A DNA stretch of 64,000 nucleotides from Tubulanus polymorphus (taxonomy: Eukaryota; Animalia; Nemertea): NCBI RefSeq assembly GCF_964204645.1, contig NC_134027.1, positions 1,954,485 to 2,018,484 of the forward strand, read 5' to 3'. The translations under genes and the position numbers were made by a program. The number at the start of each line of letters is the position of its first letter. The first letter of the stretch is position 1. A model generated the notes under the pieces. It did not search any database, was not told the DNA's origin, and saw nothing but the letters and a program-made list of their open reading frames with translations. Of this stretch, positions 40,001 through 53,879 are shown one piece after another.

Positions 40001-43000
40001 GGTATGTATAATGATCTTCAGTGATTCTTGGCAAATTGCAAAAATTGATATTATCTCACAAATGATTTTCTAATGTTTAGGAAGAGAATATGAAGTTGTC
40101 TCATGAACTTCAGTTAGCCGTCGCACAGAATGCGGTCATGTGTGAAAAAGTGATAAATCTCGAGATGACACGCGACACTTTAAACGAAAAGATAAAGAGT
40201 TTAAGAAACCAAGCTCAGTACGTATAAAACTTTTATTAATTCAATCTATGAAGCTTGTGTATAAAAGATAATATTGATGATTTAACAACGAAAATCTGTT
40301 ACCAGAACAGATTTACACTGTTTCGATAGGGGAACTATTCAACCAATCTTCATGGATGTATTTATTTCATTTTTTTATATGTACATGGCTCAATTTATAT
40401 CTGTATTATTCCAAACTCAAACCATACTCTAAACCTAAACTGTGGGAAATTGATTGAGATATTTATGACTATTTTAGGGTGGATATTCATGCCCTGAATT
40501 CATCATTGATAAACGGTGATACGACACAAATGAATGAACAACTAGAACGAATAAAAGGAATCCAAACTCAGATTAGTGAATTACAGGTTGGAAACATATG
40601 TCTTCTAAAAGAAACCAATTTTTACTCGCATTATAAATTTCATGTATTATTTCGTTTTGAACTATTGTAGAATACTTCAGTGCCTGAAATAAAATTGACA
40701 GATGAAACTATGAATGACCAGGTAAATTGTTGTTGATACTGTAGACTCTGTTTACCTGGGGTATCGTGAAAGCAAGGAATTATCTCTGAATCAAACAAAT
40801 TCCAGGGCGGTCGGAGCGAGAATGAGCCAGCATCGCAACATACATCATACCTAGATTGTCAGGGGCACGGGTTAATCGGCAATCTACTGTCAATCATTGA
40901 ATAAATGTTATTTGTCCCAATGATGTTATTCGTTCTATCTTTTTCAGATAAGTCATAATTACACTGTTAGTGACTCTAAAAACCATGCTTTGAGACAAGC
41001 AGAACTATCGCGAAAACTTCAAGAACTTAATAAACTGTTAGCTACGAAACAAGAACTGGCTGATCAAATATCTTTGAACGATAGTCATATGGATGATATG
41101 AGAACTAAGTATGAGGTGTGTACTGTATCGATGTCAGTAAATATGAAACAATCTTAATTGTATCCGTAGATGAATAATGTATTAGTTTAATTACTAGGAA
41201 ACTATGAAACAATTGGAGGAGAATGTAACAAAGTTGCAAGCTGAAAAGGTCCAACTGGAGTTTGAACTAAAGCAGGCAAAAGCAAATACATCATCAAACA
41301 AGTAAATATCACTATTCTGACCAATGCCATTCAATTAATACCAATACCTAAGACATGTTGTTTAATTTCATTCATAGGGTTGCTGAAAACCGTCGAAAAA
41401 GACTTCAAGAGCTCGAAGCAGAACTTCAAAAGTTGCGTAAAAAGATAGCGGAACAAAATAAGCTCGTAAAAATGAAAGAACAATCAGATAAACAAGTTAA
41501 AAAGCTTGATATCGATATCAAAGTATGTGCGCGCCACCAAATTTCAAGATTCTGAATTTCTGATAAACTTTGCATCATTTTCTGACTGTATTTACGGTAA
41601 TTATTTCTACTTTTATTACAAAAGGGCTTAAAAGTGCATAGAGTTAAATTGATGAAACAAATGAAAGAAGAGGGCGATAATTTCCGCAAATGGAAACAAG
41701 AAAAAGATAGAGAAGTGATGCAACTCAAAGCGAAAGTATATCGTGAAGTTCTTATAATGTTTATCTGCTCAAACTGTGTCTCTTGTGAATCGTTATATTA
41801 GTTTAAGCGGTACGTGTCGTTTCAGGATAGAAAACGTGAATATCAGATCGCGAAGTTAGTTCAACGAAATGAACAACAGAAGAAAGTGTTGCAACGTAAA
41901 TCAGAAGAAGTTCGTACTCTTTGACTGTTGATGTTATCTTCTGGTTCATGTGTGCTTCAACATAGTGTAAATATATTGCATGCGCTTTTAATGTTTTTTT
42001 TTCTAGGCAGCTGCTGCCAATAGGAGACTAAAAGAGGCTTTGAATAAACAGCAGCGCACTCTTGAGGAGAAACGATCAACTAAATCCGAGGCCGGTAGTA
42101 TTGGTACTAGAATAAGGGTATGTATTTACTTCTAGCGCAAAGACTAAGAAATAATATCAACCATTTAGGACATTTTTCACTGAAAATGAATGATTGATAT
42201 TATTTCAGAAATGGCTGAATGAAGAGATCGAGGTTTTAGTGAGCGTTGAAGAGGCACAACATCATTTGAATGAATTACGAGAAGATCGTAAAGAATTAAC
42301 GAATCAGTTGCAGGCACTGAATGAAAGACAAGATACAATAAACACAGAACCACCACCTTCTAAAGTATTCTCTCTTGCTACTGTTAACTGTATGATGAGA
42401 AAATCCATCTTTCCAGTTACTTATTTGGTTGAATTTGTTGCAGAGAAAAACTATTGATGGAAGAAATGAACACGGACAGTCTAATGATAATAATATCGGC
42501 AAACAAATAACTGATATCAAACAAGACATTGATCTCAGGTAAGCTCTATCAAACTTGCCTTCATGTAGTAAATTGAATTAGAAATACAATTAGGGACTAA
42601 AAAGACGTATTTGATTCGTGAGTGAGCAAAGTTGCATCTCAATTCTGAATTACTTTTTCAGAAATGCTCAAATACAAGATTTACAGCAAAAAATCCTCGA
42701 TGCTGATCAAGGTACTGCCTGCAGGAGGAAACTCTGTCATTCTCTGATGTTTAGTATTTATATCATTTTATGTTCTCTTTAATCAAAGATGATGATAAAA
42801 ATAAGTCGCGTTGGTCAAATGTGAATTCAATGCTCGAGGCAAAATGTGCGATGAAGCATCTTCTTCAAAATGTAAGTGTCCAGTAAGATCTCGATGACTG
42901 CTTAAAGAAACTGCGAAGAATCGATTAAAACTTCCTTGGTTTTTAGTGTGTAACAACAACTGGAGAAAACGCCAGATTAAAAAGCCAAATAGCTAATCTC

Positions 43001-44255
43001 GTATCCGCGAAGTCAGAAGCGTGTCGAAACTCCGCAAAACTAGAGGAGCAACTGAAACTCGCAGAACAAGAACACCACGAAAACCTTCTGATTTTACAAC
43101 GAGACAATGAACAAAAGGTTTGTATTTATTGATGAATTTTATTTATGTTTTACCAGTATTCAAAAACGTATATTCGATCAAATACTACGGATACATATTC
43201 CAGATGTTATACCTGCTATGCGAATTGAAGTCAGAAAAAAGTGCAATGAACAATCAATCTTCAGATGAAGCATTGAAAATGCGGTGTCAAATTCAGGTTC
43301 GTTTTATACAACTAGTTAAACAACTACCGGCTGCCCCTGGATGATATTTTTGAGATGAGGATTTCTTTGATCAAACTTTCAATCCGTATTTTAGGAAGAA
43401 GCGATCGAAAAACTGAAAGATTTACACGACGAATTACAGAAAAAAACAGCTGAATGTGAACTTCTTAAAAAGGTGGACATTCACGAAATCGCTGCATGTT
43501 AACTTTTCTACGAAGGTTCATTCATTGATAACTTAAATTTCTTAATTTCAGGAGAATATGTTAGCTAAATATCAAGGCAGGGCGCAGTTAATGCCAGTAG
43601 TTGCGCAGGAAGATGGCACTCCCCTTGTTGCTCCCAGAATGAAATTTATTCTTCCAGGTGTAAGTTACTTTCGCTAATTCAATTCACCTTTGTATCCATA
43701 CCATAAGTCAGTACTACTAACAAGTATTATTTATAAATTCCCAGCAATATTCAGTAGACTTTATTCAGGTTTCACGAGACCAATATATTTCCTTCAAGGC
43801 ATGCAGATTCAGGGCAGTTGGAATTGGAGTATGAAAATTGAAAAATATTTTATTCAGAGGGGGGCGCGTGTATATCTGGGACAAGCGTAGTCAACTATAT
43901 TATAGGAGAGTTGGTTTATGCATTGTTAGAATATCATATCCTTGAATGAATCTTTCAGAATGAGAATTCATCAGGTTTCTCAGGGGAAATGAATGTAGCA
44001 GATAGTCCACTAAACAACACATACAGCATCGATTCGCCGCTTACATCGACGTTTATCTGCGACGACAACGAAGAGAATATCAATCCGAACAACAATAAAC
44101 AATCATCAATAAAATCAGTTCCACGATTAGAACTGAGCGATGATGAATGCGATATGGTGACAGAATCGGCGCCAGAAAATACCGAATCAATATTAGGCGG
44201 ATTAGCGAAAACAACTCCACGTTTGGGACGATTTTTCTCTGAACCAGATTTATGA
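37002..44255 (+). CDS. KIF4: Chromosome-associated kinesin KIF4 (kinesin-4)
   Basis: [13 protein letters not shown]-loop [14 protein letters not shown], switch [15 protein letters not shown], switch [45 protein letters not shown] and [25 protein letters not shown]. Long coiled coil with KIF4-like [11 protein letters not shown] and KWLNEEIEV; terminal exon ~43959-44255. Confidence 0.93.
39580..39826. mobile_element. hAT-like MITE in a KIF4 intron
   Basis: CCGGGTGGCCACT ... AGTGGCCCACCCTG ends with internal AAAATTCCCTGA repeats. A related remnant lies at ~17450-17520. Confidence 0.55.
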
Positions 44256-44395
44256 AAATTTAGTTCGAAGAAGCAGTTATTACCGGTACTGTAAATCATA
44301 AATAAACAAAATATTCATCCAGTAATACAGTGAACGTTGTACTTATTCTACACGTATAATATTGAAAATATAATAATAAACATCATTAAATTAAA

Positions 44396-44570
44396 TACTG
44401 CAGAAACCCGCTTAATTCAGACCAGTGAAATTCAACCAGTTCATGAGAAATCGGGATTTAATAAACATATATTATATACTGGTAGATCTATCTTATTTAG
44501 ACTATAAATAAATATCCAGATAAGATCAAATCCATATTAAACTAATCTGACTTAAGCCGGTCTGATTGTA
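44396..44570. mobile_element. Tigger/pogo-like MITE remnant between the convergent KIF4 and BCO 3' ends
   Basis: TACTGCAGAAACCCGCTTAATTCAGA ... TCTGACTTAAGCCGGTCTGATTGTA form degenerate TA-flanked TIRs. Confidence 0.45.
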
Positions 44571-44685
44571 CTTGGATTATTGCCATGCTTCATACATGTA
44601 TATCATTTGTCCTCAATGAATACTTATAATATAAGGAATGATACACGCTGAAGCTATTTCAAGTCTTATTTCATAAAAGATTGTG

Positions 44686-47600
44686 TCAGTTTTGTTTGAA
44701 CATTCCATGAAAATCTCGACCCAAGTGAAAATCAAAACATGCTCTTCCTAATTCCTCCAATGTTTTGGCATCGAGGACGAGAAGATATCCTTTTGTGTTT
44801 TCAAGGTTTGACCAGTCGAGTACCGAGGAGAGGAGTACACCTGAAATAAAACCACATTGCTCAAAAGCTATCTGAACACTTGAAAAACACAAAGAAATTA
44901 CTGTGAATTTGTTTAGATAAAGGATGGAGTATGGACTAACCATCATCTTCATCTGTAGCTCCAGGTCTTGGTACGAATACCACTTCTGATGGAGCTTCCT
45001 TCTCTTCATACCAGCTCTTAACTTCACGAGTTTCACTATCAACTTTTATGATCTATAAAACGTTCAACTGATGATATAATGAAATATTTCAATGTATTTT
45101 CAGTTATTTCATTGCAATCTTGTATGTTAACCTTGTTTGCCATCAGATTGTTGTTGGCAAATGAAATTCCATAAAAGTATCTGTATTTCGTTCCAAGGCA
45201 CGAATTATAGTTTATGGTCGGTAACTCAAAACCTAAAAAATAAGAGCAATCAGGGGGGTGGCTATCTCACTTGAATTAACCCAATACCGGTACCTGTTTA
45301 TGAAACTGGCCCCTGAATTGTATTACTACACGTATTATCATTTCTATTCCATGGATATATACGGTATTGATTAAGAATTCGTGAAAATTGATAAAGTGAC
45401 TAGTTTACTTGTGTTTTCATCAGTGAGAAGCTCGTGGGTACAAAATATGTCGGATCCTTTCTTAACAGCAGTAGCTTTAGATGTTCGTAAAGATACAAGA
45501 TTTTTTCCATTATCAACCTAGAAACAAAAAGAATTAAAGATACAAATGATTAAGACGTTGATAGAATTGCCCGAGACCATCAACTGCTCGGTACAGGATC
45601 CAGTTCTGCGAGTTAGAGTTAACTCCGAGTTAACTAAAATCAGTTCACTCTCAATGAGTAAACTGTGAAACTGAGTCTACTTATAATATACCAAGAAAAA
45701 ATTCTGTCTTTAAATTGTAACAAGTCAGTCATCTAGCAGTTAACTTTAAAGAGCCTTCGAGCAAAATGGCAGGACACTCGGGAGACTGTATGTTCAACAT
45801 ACCGTATTGTCCACTTTAAGAGGTAACACATATCTACGAGCTTGACTCATCTTTGTATCATCCCGTCCTTTTTTATTCAGCCCAACATCAAACATAATAT
45901 CACTATTATCATATCCAGATAAATCAATGATAAGATGATCTACAATGAAATTTACTATTGGTCATTTTTGATTTTTATGCAATAAAGTACCAAGATTTCA
46001 TTTAGCAAAACTATACTTACCATCTTCTTCATAAACATTGGTATGATGAAAAGTGAATAACTTATCAGTTACGTATCTCACTGTATCGATTTCAGCACCA
46101 GTTTTTCTATCAATAACACGAAATCGAGTCTGAAAGGAAAATGCAGCTGTGATAATAATAATTTTTTTTTAATAGATAAAATATACTGCATTCTCAAATA
46201 CAATTGTAGGACCTTGTATACTGTAATTAGTTTATTCAAATAGAGGATTAGTAAATAGTTTAGTAAATACTTGTACAAATAGATGAAAACAGTGCTTGAA
46301 AGTTTTACATACTGTTATGCAAAATAATTTCGGAAGTTATTTTAGATAATTCCTCTCTAGGGCTTAAAAATATGACACCTTGTTTCTCCTAATCAGCCGG
46401 GTAAGTTTTGTAAACTGCACGTAATTGGTATATTTCTATCTGCCAGCTGTGTTGTGGTTAGCCTGATCATGATTTTAAAAAAAAGTAATGTACAGGGTAG
46501 ATAGGCGGCCTGTCGGGTCAACTTTTAAGCTCAGTAGAATGGAGAAACAAGGCATAAATTTTTTTAAGCCTATGTTGTTTTCTTGATACCTGTGACACAA
46601 ACTGATTGGTAAAGTTTGTTATTTAATGTGCATAGTCTTCACTATTCTACAACACAAAATAAGATTCACAACAAAAATTTAGTATGAAAAGCGTGAAGCG
46701 TCAGTGAAAGGAACAGAAATTACTTTAAAAGAAGAAAATAACATTGTTAAAAAACAAAAAAAGGTGGTGTAAAATATATATAAAAAGTGTACTCACATAG
46801 TCTTCTTTATTCCAGTTTAAAAAGGATGAAAAATCCCAATTAAAGAATTTTTGTGTTGCTATCTTTAGGATGTTGATTGTTAAAGGCTGTTCAGTAACGA
46901 GATAATAATTCTCACTCATTCCAAAGCTGTGCATATATTTGGGATAGGTATTCTTAGCTATTGGTATTCGTGCAGTAACACTAGCTTTAGATAATGGTGC
47001 TGGACTTTCTCCTAAAATCAAAAATACATTTTAGCTGTCATAATCTTAGAATGATGTACCTGGGGTATGCAGTTGTATGACATACTGCACTATTAATGAA
47101 AAACAGTCTGAAATGTTTCCTTGAGCTAACAGTTCATTCAATAGAAGATATTCATAGAAGATAACTACCAGTGCTAGTTAATAGTCGAAACACAGAATAA
47201 AATATTAGCTTAAGGAAACTTTTCTGACTCTATTTTTCATTACAAGTGTAGGTTTTCATATAATCGTTACTTCATGTAGAGTTTTAAACCTGCAAGTGTC
47301 ATCAATGGTTTCACGATGACGAATGCAAATCATTTGAATTACCATTGTTGACTTTTTCAGACGGTGGAATTTTGAACAATGCATAATATACTTGACGTCC
47401 TTCCTGTGAAATTCCAATATTGTGTACAGTTCCATCTGACTCAATGTGAGGATGTGCAGTAGCTGTGTGTAAAACAGCTATATCCGATAGATTTACCTTT
47501 AAATAAAAATAAAATCACGACCCTTTATGTTTGTGCTATTGCAGAAGAGGAATTATCTTTCTCCTCTTTTGATTTGCCACATTAAGAAGTTTCTGCCAAT

Positions 47601-48860
47601 TCTTGCATCTCTGTGATGGCAGAAATATTCTTACAGAAAGATATTCCCGCCAATGGAGCACTATCAAAAAGCAATATTCTCTTTGAAAAAATGAGTGTGA
47701 AAGACAGATTTCTCTAATGCAAATCAACTCGGACCTCCCTTTTTTGTAAATTACCTTTGCAGGAGAGTCGAGTGTTTCCGGATCAATTTGTCGCAAAAAT
47801 TTCGTTTCAGTGGCGGCGTATAATTCATCGCTGATCGGATAAATATTCACTGACGTGTTATCAGTCGTTTCGGCTTTAGTAAATTTTGAAAAGAATCTAG
47901 AGAACGAAGAATCCTTAATTAAGCGAATTATTGTAATACAACCTTACCATAATCCTAACCCATACACAAACATATACATACACTATTCTCTATTTATTAA
48001 AGTTCATACCTTTGGAAAATATTCTTGCACGGATCAGGAAATGCTAAAGTACCGAATTCAGACACGACTATTCTATTAGCGGCCATGTTCTTCTTATAAG
48101 TGTCACTTTGTACAAATCGATTACGATAAGTGACCACGCCATTCTTTATTTGGAAATGATGTATCATAGCCAATCCATCGAATAAATGATTATATTTCGT
48201 GTCGCCGACCTCAAATTTTGCCGGACCATTCCTATACAAATTACCGTTCAACCAATTTGGAATCGACCCTAGAAATCACGAACAAGATTTGATGAAATCA
48301 TTAACAAAAACAATATTAGATGGCAAAAAGAATTCAAAAAGAAAATTAAGAAAGAATTGAAAAGAGTCCATTGAAAGTCCATCATATCTTAACGTAGTGA
48401 CATAAACATTTTGGGACTTATTTAACTTAGAACCAGAGCGAGAGGTATATCGCTATCATAACTGCTAATATTAGTTCAGAATCTCTTCAGTAAGCTTCTC
48501 CCTAAGCACTAATAAGTAAGTACTCCCCGTTTGGGGAGTGCCACAAACCAGCCTCTTACAGGACTAAGCTAAGGGCGAGTTCCACACTTTAGTGGTTTGT
48601 GAAAATATCCAATCTTGAAACCTTGAAATCTTATACCAAAGACTCGTTACTGACTAATCTTCACTTACAAGATCATAAACTTTAATAATCAAACCTTTTA
48701 TAGTTCCAATGCAAGGGGTTAGTTGTTCTTGAGATGGCATTTTGTATAGATCTTGAAGTGTCACTGGAAAACTAGATGACATTCTATCATTGACTGATAA
48801 TAGTCGATAAACTCCAATCCTTAATCGACTTGAACCACCTCTACTAATTGAACGTAACAT
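44686..48860 (-). CDS. Carotenoid oxygenase (BCO1/BCO2/NinaB family), copy A, with N-terminal Arg/Ser-rich extension
   Basis: [95 protein letters not shown]...EDDGVLLSSV and DFHGMF. All four Fe-ligand His are present. Confidence 0.93.
46358..46572. mobile_element. MITE in a BCO copy A intron
   Basis: GGCTTAAAAA...CCTTGTTTCTCC and GGAGAAACAAGG...TTTTTAAGCC form bipartite TIRs. The interior is shared with 30380-30548. Confidence 0.7.
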
Positions 48861-50335
48861 TTCTCAATCTGGTGTGAACAATCTGAAAAATAAATCATTG
48901 AAATTGATGATCAGCCTGACACAAGTTTAATTCCCACTTCCCAGTATCCTGATCTTATCTGAATTCCAGACGATGTTCGGTTCCCCTGAAATAAAAATGT
49001 TTTTTTATTATACAGGGAGACAGGGGTTGGTCATTGATACTGGTTTTATTCATTCACTATCAATTGTGACAAGTCCCTGTGGTAGTGTAGTCTGTCAAGT
49101 GTTTTAGTAGCCGTCGTTCCGGTTTGTAGGGACCCGGCGTAAACAACGTAACATTAAACAACGACTCCCTGCTTAGGACAATCCTAAAATTACAAAATTA
49201 TGGTAGTAGGTACCTAGGAGTTATCGAGGTCGAAACGTTTGTATCAGGGTCTAGTGGTTAACTGCTAAGCAAATGCAGATAAAATTCTCATGCGTAATGA
49301 ACACTGTTGATCTTTTGCGACGCAGTACCAAAAATAAACAACCTGGCGAAATTATGGGAGCCTGAAATGGTTTTTCTGGTGGAGTCTAAAATGCGGTTGA
49401 GGCTACCCGCTAAAAGGATATCCGAAAATCCGGCGGGATTACGAAATCGTTTTTAAACGGCCGCTTCAGACCGTTGAAAAAACAATACGTTTAAATTTCA
49501 TAATAGTCTATCCTGCTTTCGTGTTTACTACGTATCATCTGTAAATAATCCTATAGTCTGTAGTCACTGTTTGTTGAGGAGAATAAGAAAGCACAGAATG
49601 TATTGAATAAACTCAATTAATGAATTGATTTAGGTAGGCTGTTTTTGGGGCAATGAATGAATGAAAAACTTAGATTTCCTGGAAAATCTTTTTCGTCGTG
49701 ACTCTTCAGCTCCTGAATCATTGTTTATACAATCCACTATTGTCCCTGCAACTCTTGAATTGTTTCTTGAATCCAGGATTATTGTCTCTGAATCATTGTT
49801 TGATGGACATGGCTATAGTGTAGTTGAAATTCGTATTCGTGTTCCATCTTTCAAAAACCACTTTCACAAACGGCCGCCTCTAAGGCCGGCGGCTCTCATG
49901 GCATCTCGCCGTCCTGGTCCTCTTCTCCACCAGATTTACGTGACAAATGGTGCCAAATAGGCAAACCGCCTCTCCGACAACGGAGAGGTCCGTGATTGAG
50001 TCTCACCATAAAATTGTTTTAAAAGACAGTACCGGCGTGTGATTATTGCGACTTACTTTTGACGTCTTTCGGATTAGGCTAAACCACTATAGGCTATGGA
50101 ACAAAATCACATGGTAATAAATCATCACACGCGAAAGCCCTCGTCCGAGAGCTTAAGATCTACCCATTGTTAAAACGAATAATCAACAAAACATGACATA
50201 AACATTCATATACTAACAAATCAATCAAATCATATCCAGGCAAGAACTTGCTTTAACTTGGGGACCGGGGATTAGATCTGACTAACCATAAATATAGAAA
50301 CGACTAAAACGGTCGAATCATATTATACTAACACG

Positions 50336-53204
50336 ATGGCTGATATAGAAACACTTCAGGATATCTATAAGATCCCGTCTTCAGAACGACTGTTACCCAG
50401 TACAGGCACTGTTAAAGGTTTGAAGTATTTTTCATTTACCTGTTATTCAATCTATTGTATCAAACGTTTAGAAAAAAACTAGTCGGAAGCGGAAGATTCA
50501 AAACCTGAAATAAATGTATCTGTTTTTCAGGTTCGATTCCAAATTGGTTGAATGGAAATTTATATAGAAATGGCCCTGCAAATTACGTAGTTGGCGACAC
50601 GAAATATAATCATTTATTCGATGGATTGGCTATGATACATCATTTCAAAATAAAGAATGGTGTCGTCACTTATCGTAATAGATTTGTACAAAGTGACGCT
50701 TATAAGAAGAACATGGCCGCTAATAGAATAGTCGTGTCTGAATTCGGTACTTTAGCATTTCCTGATCCGTGTAAAAATGCATTCCAAAGGTAAATGAAAT
50801 AGATGTTTGAATGGAGTGAATTAATAGTGGAAGTCTCAGCCTCATGCGACATATCATAGTGAGTGGATGAGTTAGAATTTTCTATTGTTTTCTAGATTCT
50901 TTGCAAGATTTACTCAAAGCGATGAAAAAACAGATAATACGTCAGTGAACATTTATCCGGTCGGTGATGAATTCTACGCTGCTTCCGAAACTAATTTCAT
51001 CAGAAAAATTGACTTAGAGACATTGGACTCACCGGCAAAAGTAATTGATACTCACGCAAATTCGGAATGCATAGGCTATTATTCGTCCGATCCCAGAAAA
51101 CTTTTCTTGACTAAATCAATCTGATCTTTTTTGCTTACGGTATATTCGACAATGATTTAGCTTTGTTCTTATTTAAAGGTAAATCTAACGGATATAGCTG
51201 TTTTACACACAGCTACAGCACATCCTCATATCGAATCGGATGGAACTGTTCACAATATTGGTATGTCACGAAGTTCGTCAAACACCAGTTATACAGTGGT
51301 AAAGATACCACCATCTGGCGGTGAAGGTAATGTTGTGCCACTACAATTCATTTTTAATACGATATGGAAGAATTGTTTCTGATCGTGTATATATGCATGT
51401 GTCATTATTTTCAGGGGAGGAAGGATCAACGACATTTTCAAAAGCCACCGTTGTTGCAACAATACCGGTATCTCAAAAGCTCTATCCCAAATATATGCAC
51501 AGTTTTGGCATGAGTGAAAATTATTATGTGTTAACTGAGCAACCACTGGCGTTCAATGTCATGAAAGCAGCAACGCGAAAACTATTCAATTTACCTTCTT
51601 CATCGCTTTTACGTTGGCACAGAAATACCTATGTATGTTTATCGAAATTCAATTTCATTTAACCGATGTGTCTTTTTGTGATTACGCATTCGATGAAATG
51701 GATTCATTTTGCTCATCTTTTTTGTCAGACTCGATTTCGTGTTATTGATAGAAGAACTGGTGCTGAAATTGACTCAGTCAGATACGTAACTGATAAATTA
51801 TTCGCTTTCCATCACGTCAATGTTTATGAAGAAGATGGTAGGTTTATTCATTCCACACTGTGTAGCGCTTTCTAATGCCAACAATCGATTATGATAAGAT
51901 AAACCCGTAATGTACAAACTTAAATGCAAAATTTATTGTTCAGAAATTGAAAATGGGGGACACGAAGTTTCGAACACTCTCTCTTTAAGGAAGTTATCAC
52001 CACGTGAAAGAATTACTAATACCGGGCTGTTGGTATAAAAACCTCCTGTTTTTAGTTCCCCTAGTTCGATTGATCCCGTATAAAATCTTCAATTTTTGAA
52101 AAATAAATTTTGTTCTTAGGTTTTGTACATATTCGATTTTTATCATAAAATCTAAGTTCTCCACGACGTCGTTTTACTGAGATATTCAGTTGTTTTAGAC
52201 TGTTTTACGGATTATTGTAGATCATCTAGTTGTTGATCTATGCGGATACGATGAAGGTAATATTTTTCTTAATTTGGAAATGGAAAGGAAACGAGTAGAT
52301 ATGGGGACCTGCACACGACCGAAGGCCCGCAGATACGTCTTGCCACTGAAAATGGTACGAACTATAATCTTAAAATAACAAAATCACATTCTCTCCATAT
52401 CAGTTTTAACAAACGATTCGCGTAGAGAATAACATTTAATTTATCATTTTAAACATTCGAGGTTGAAAATGGGAAGAATCTTGTGTCTTTACCAAACTCA
52501 AAGGCAACTGCTATAAGAGAAGGATCTGACATAATCCTCACTTACGAACTGTTAACCGACGAAGAAACATGTAAGCATGAATGTTGCTTTGATTGATAAG
52601 GCGTTGTACATCATTTGACATGATGTTTTCTTAATTAAAGTTTTAGAGTTCCCTGTGATCAATTATAAATTATGTTCTGGTAGAAAATACAGATATTTGT
52701 ATGGTTTAGCACTTGGCGAGGATCAAGTGCGGAACAAGGTAAATTAAAACGTGCGGTGAATTTACAAAAAAATGTGAGGAATTAGAGCATCGCTCCAAGT
52801 AGCGTAGTTTTAGAATATTTATTTCATCAGTGATATATATATCATAGATTGTAAAAGTTGATTGTGAAACTCGTGAAATTAAGAGCTGGTACGATGAAAA
52901 GAAATTTCCATCGGAAATGGTATTTGTACAGAGACCTGGAGCTACGGATGAAGATGATGGTTAGTCCACGATTCATCGTTTATCTAAACACATTTTCAAG
53001 TTTTCAGATAGCAAATAATTGTTTTATTTTCAATCACTGATTTTAGGTGTACTCCTCTCCTCGGTACTCGACTGGTCAAACCTCGAGAACACAAGAGGAT
53101 ATCTTCTCGTCCTCGATGCCAGAACATTGGAGGAATTAGGAAGAGCATGTTTCGATTTTCACTTGGGTCGAGATTTTCATGGGATGTTCAAACACGATTG
53201 TTGA
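50336..53204 (+). CDS. Carotenoid oxygenase (BCO1/BCO2/NinaB family), copy B, without presequence
   Basis: Start [27 protein letters not shown]|GSIPNWLNG. Exon structure matches copy A. Motifs [23 protein letters not shown] and DFHGMF are present; stop at 53204. Confidence 0.93.
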
Positions 53205-53840
53205 TTGAAATCATTTAAAAATTGGTTAACGTTTAGAATGTTTAAAGAATGTATGCGTTGAAAAGTTTTCTGTCAAATGAAATTGAATAAAAACATGGTA
53301 CTTGTTCCGCAGCTGCTAGCCTAGCAATCTTTTTTATCTTTTTCGTCATAGTCGTGTGACACCGGGCGGTGGCGATGACGATGATGATTTACTTATTCCC
53401 ATCCATTCGTTGTCCAATGATTCGGGAATAGCCGGCACGATTGAACGTGAAATTGGAAATGTATTCTTTAAGTCATAAAAAAATCGAATTAATTACTATG
53501 CTCTAGGACTAGGTAACATTTTTGGACTTTGTTCCGGGAGTCATCGTCACTCACAACACGGAATAAGTAATCCATAAATAATGGTGATAACACTAACTGT
53601 ATCTAACCATATTTTTTAGATTCATATCATACTCTAAAATCTATTGATTCAGAAAAAAAACATTAATATAGATATTACCCATGGAAATATGTGGAGAATT
53701 TGCACTGAGCGCGGCCGCCGATGATTTGACATATTGCGGGGTTCGAACTCCTTGGAACGTGTGACGTCACGGGCTTTCAACCAAGTAAGGGATAGCTCCG
53801 AGAATATCCATAACAGGGCATCCACATATCGCGCCAGTGC

Positions 53841-53879
53841 TAGTAGACTGGTAACCGGTCTCCACGGGCAACCAGTCTA
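53841..53879. mobile_element. 39-bp ultra-short foldback element with 6-bp target duplication
   Basis: CAGTGC|TAGTAGACTGGTAACCGGTCTCCACGGGCAACCAGTCTA|CAGTGC. Confidence 0.6.

Noticed and set aside
49661-49960. 99-aa ORF between the BCO genes
   Set aside because: No recognisable motif or splice context; probably promoter or TE remnant.
53700-53755. GGTTCGAACTC B-box-like motif
   Set aside because: The flanks do not fold into a tRNA.
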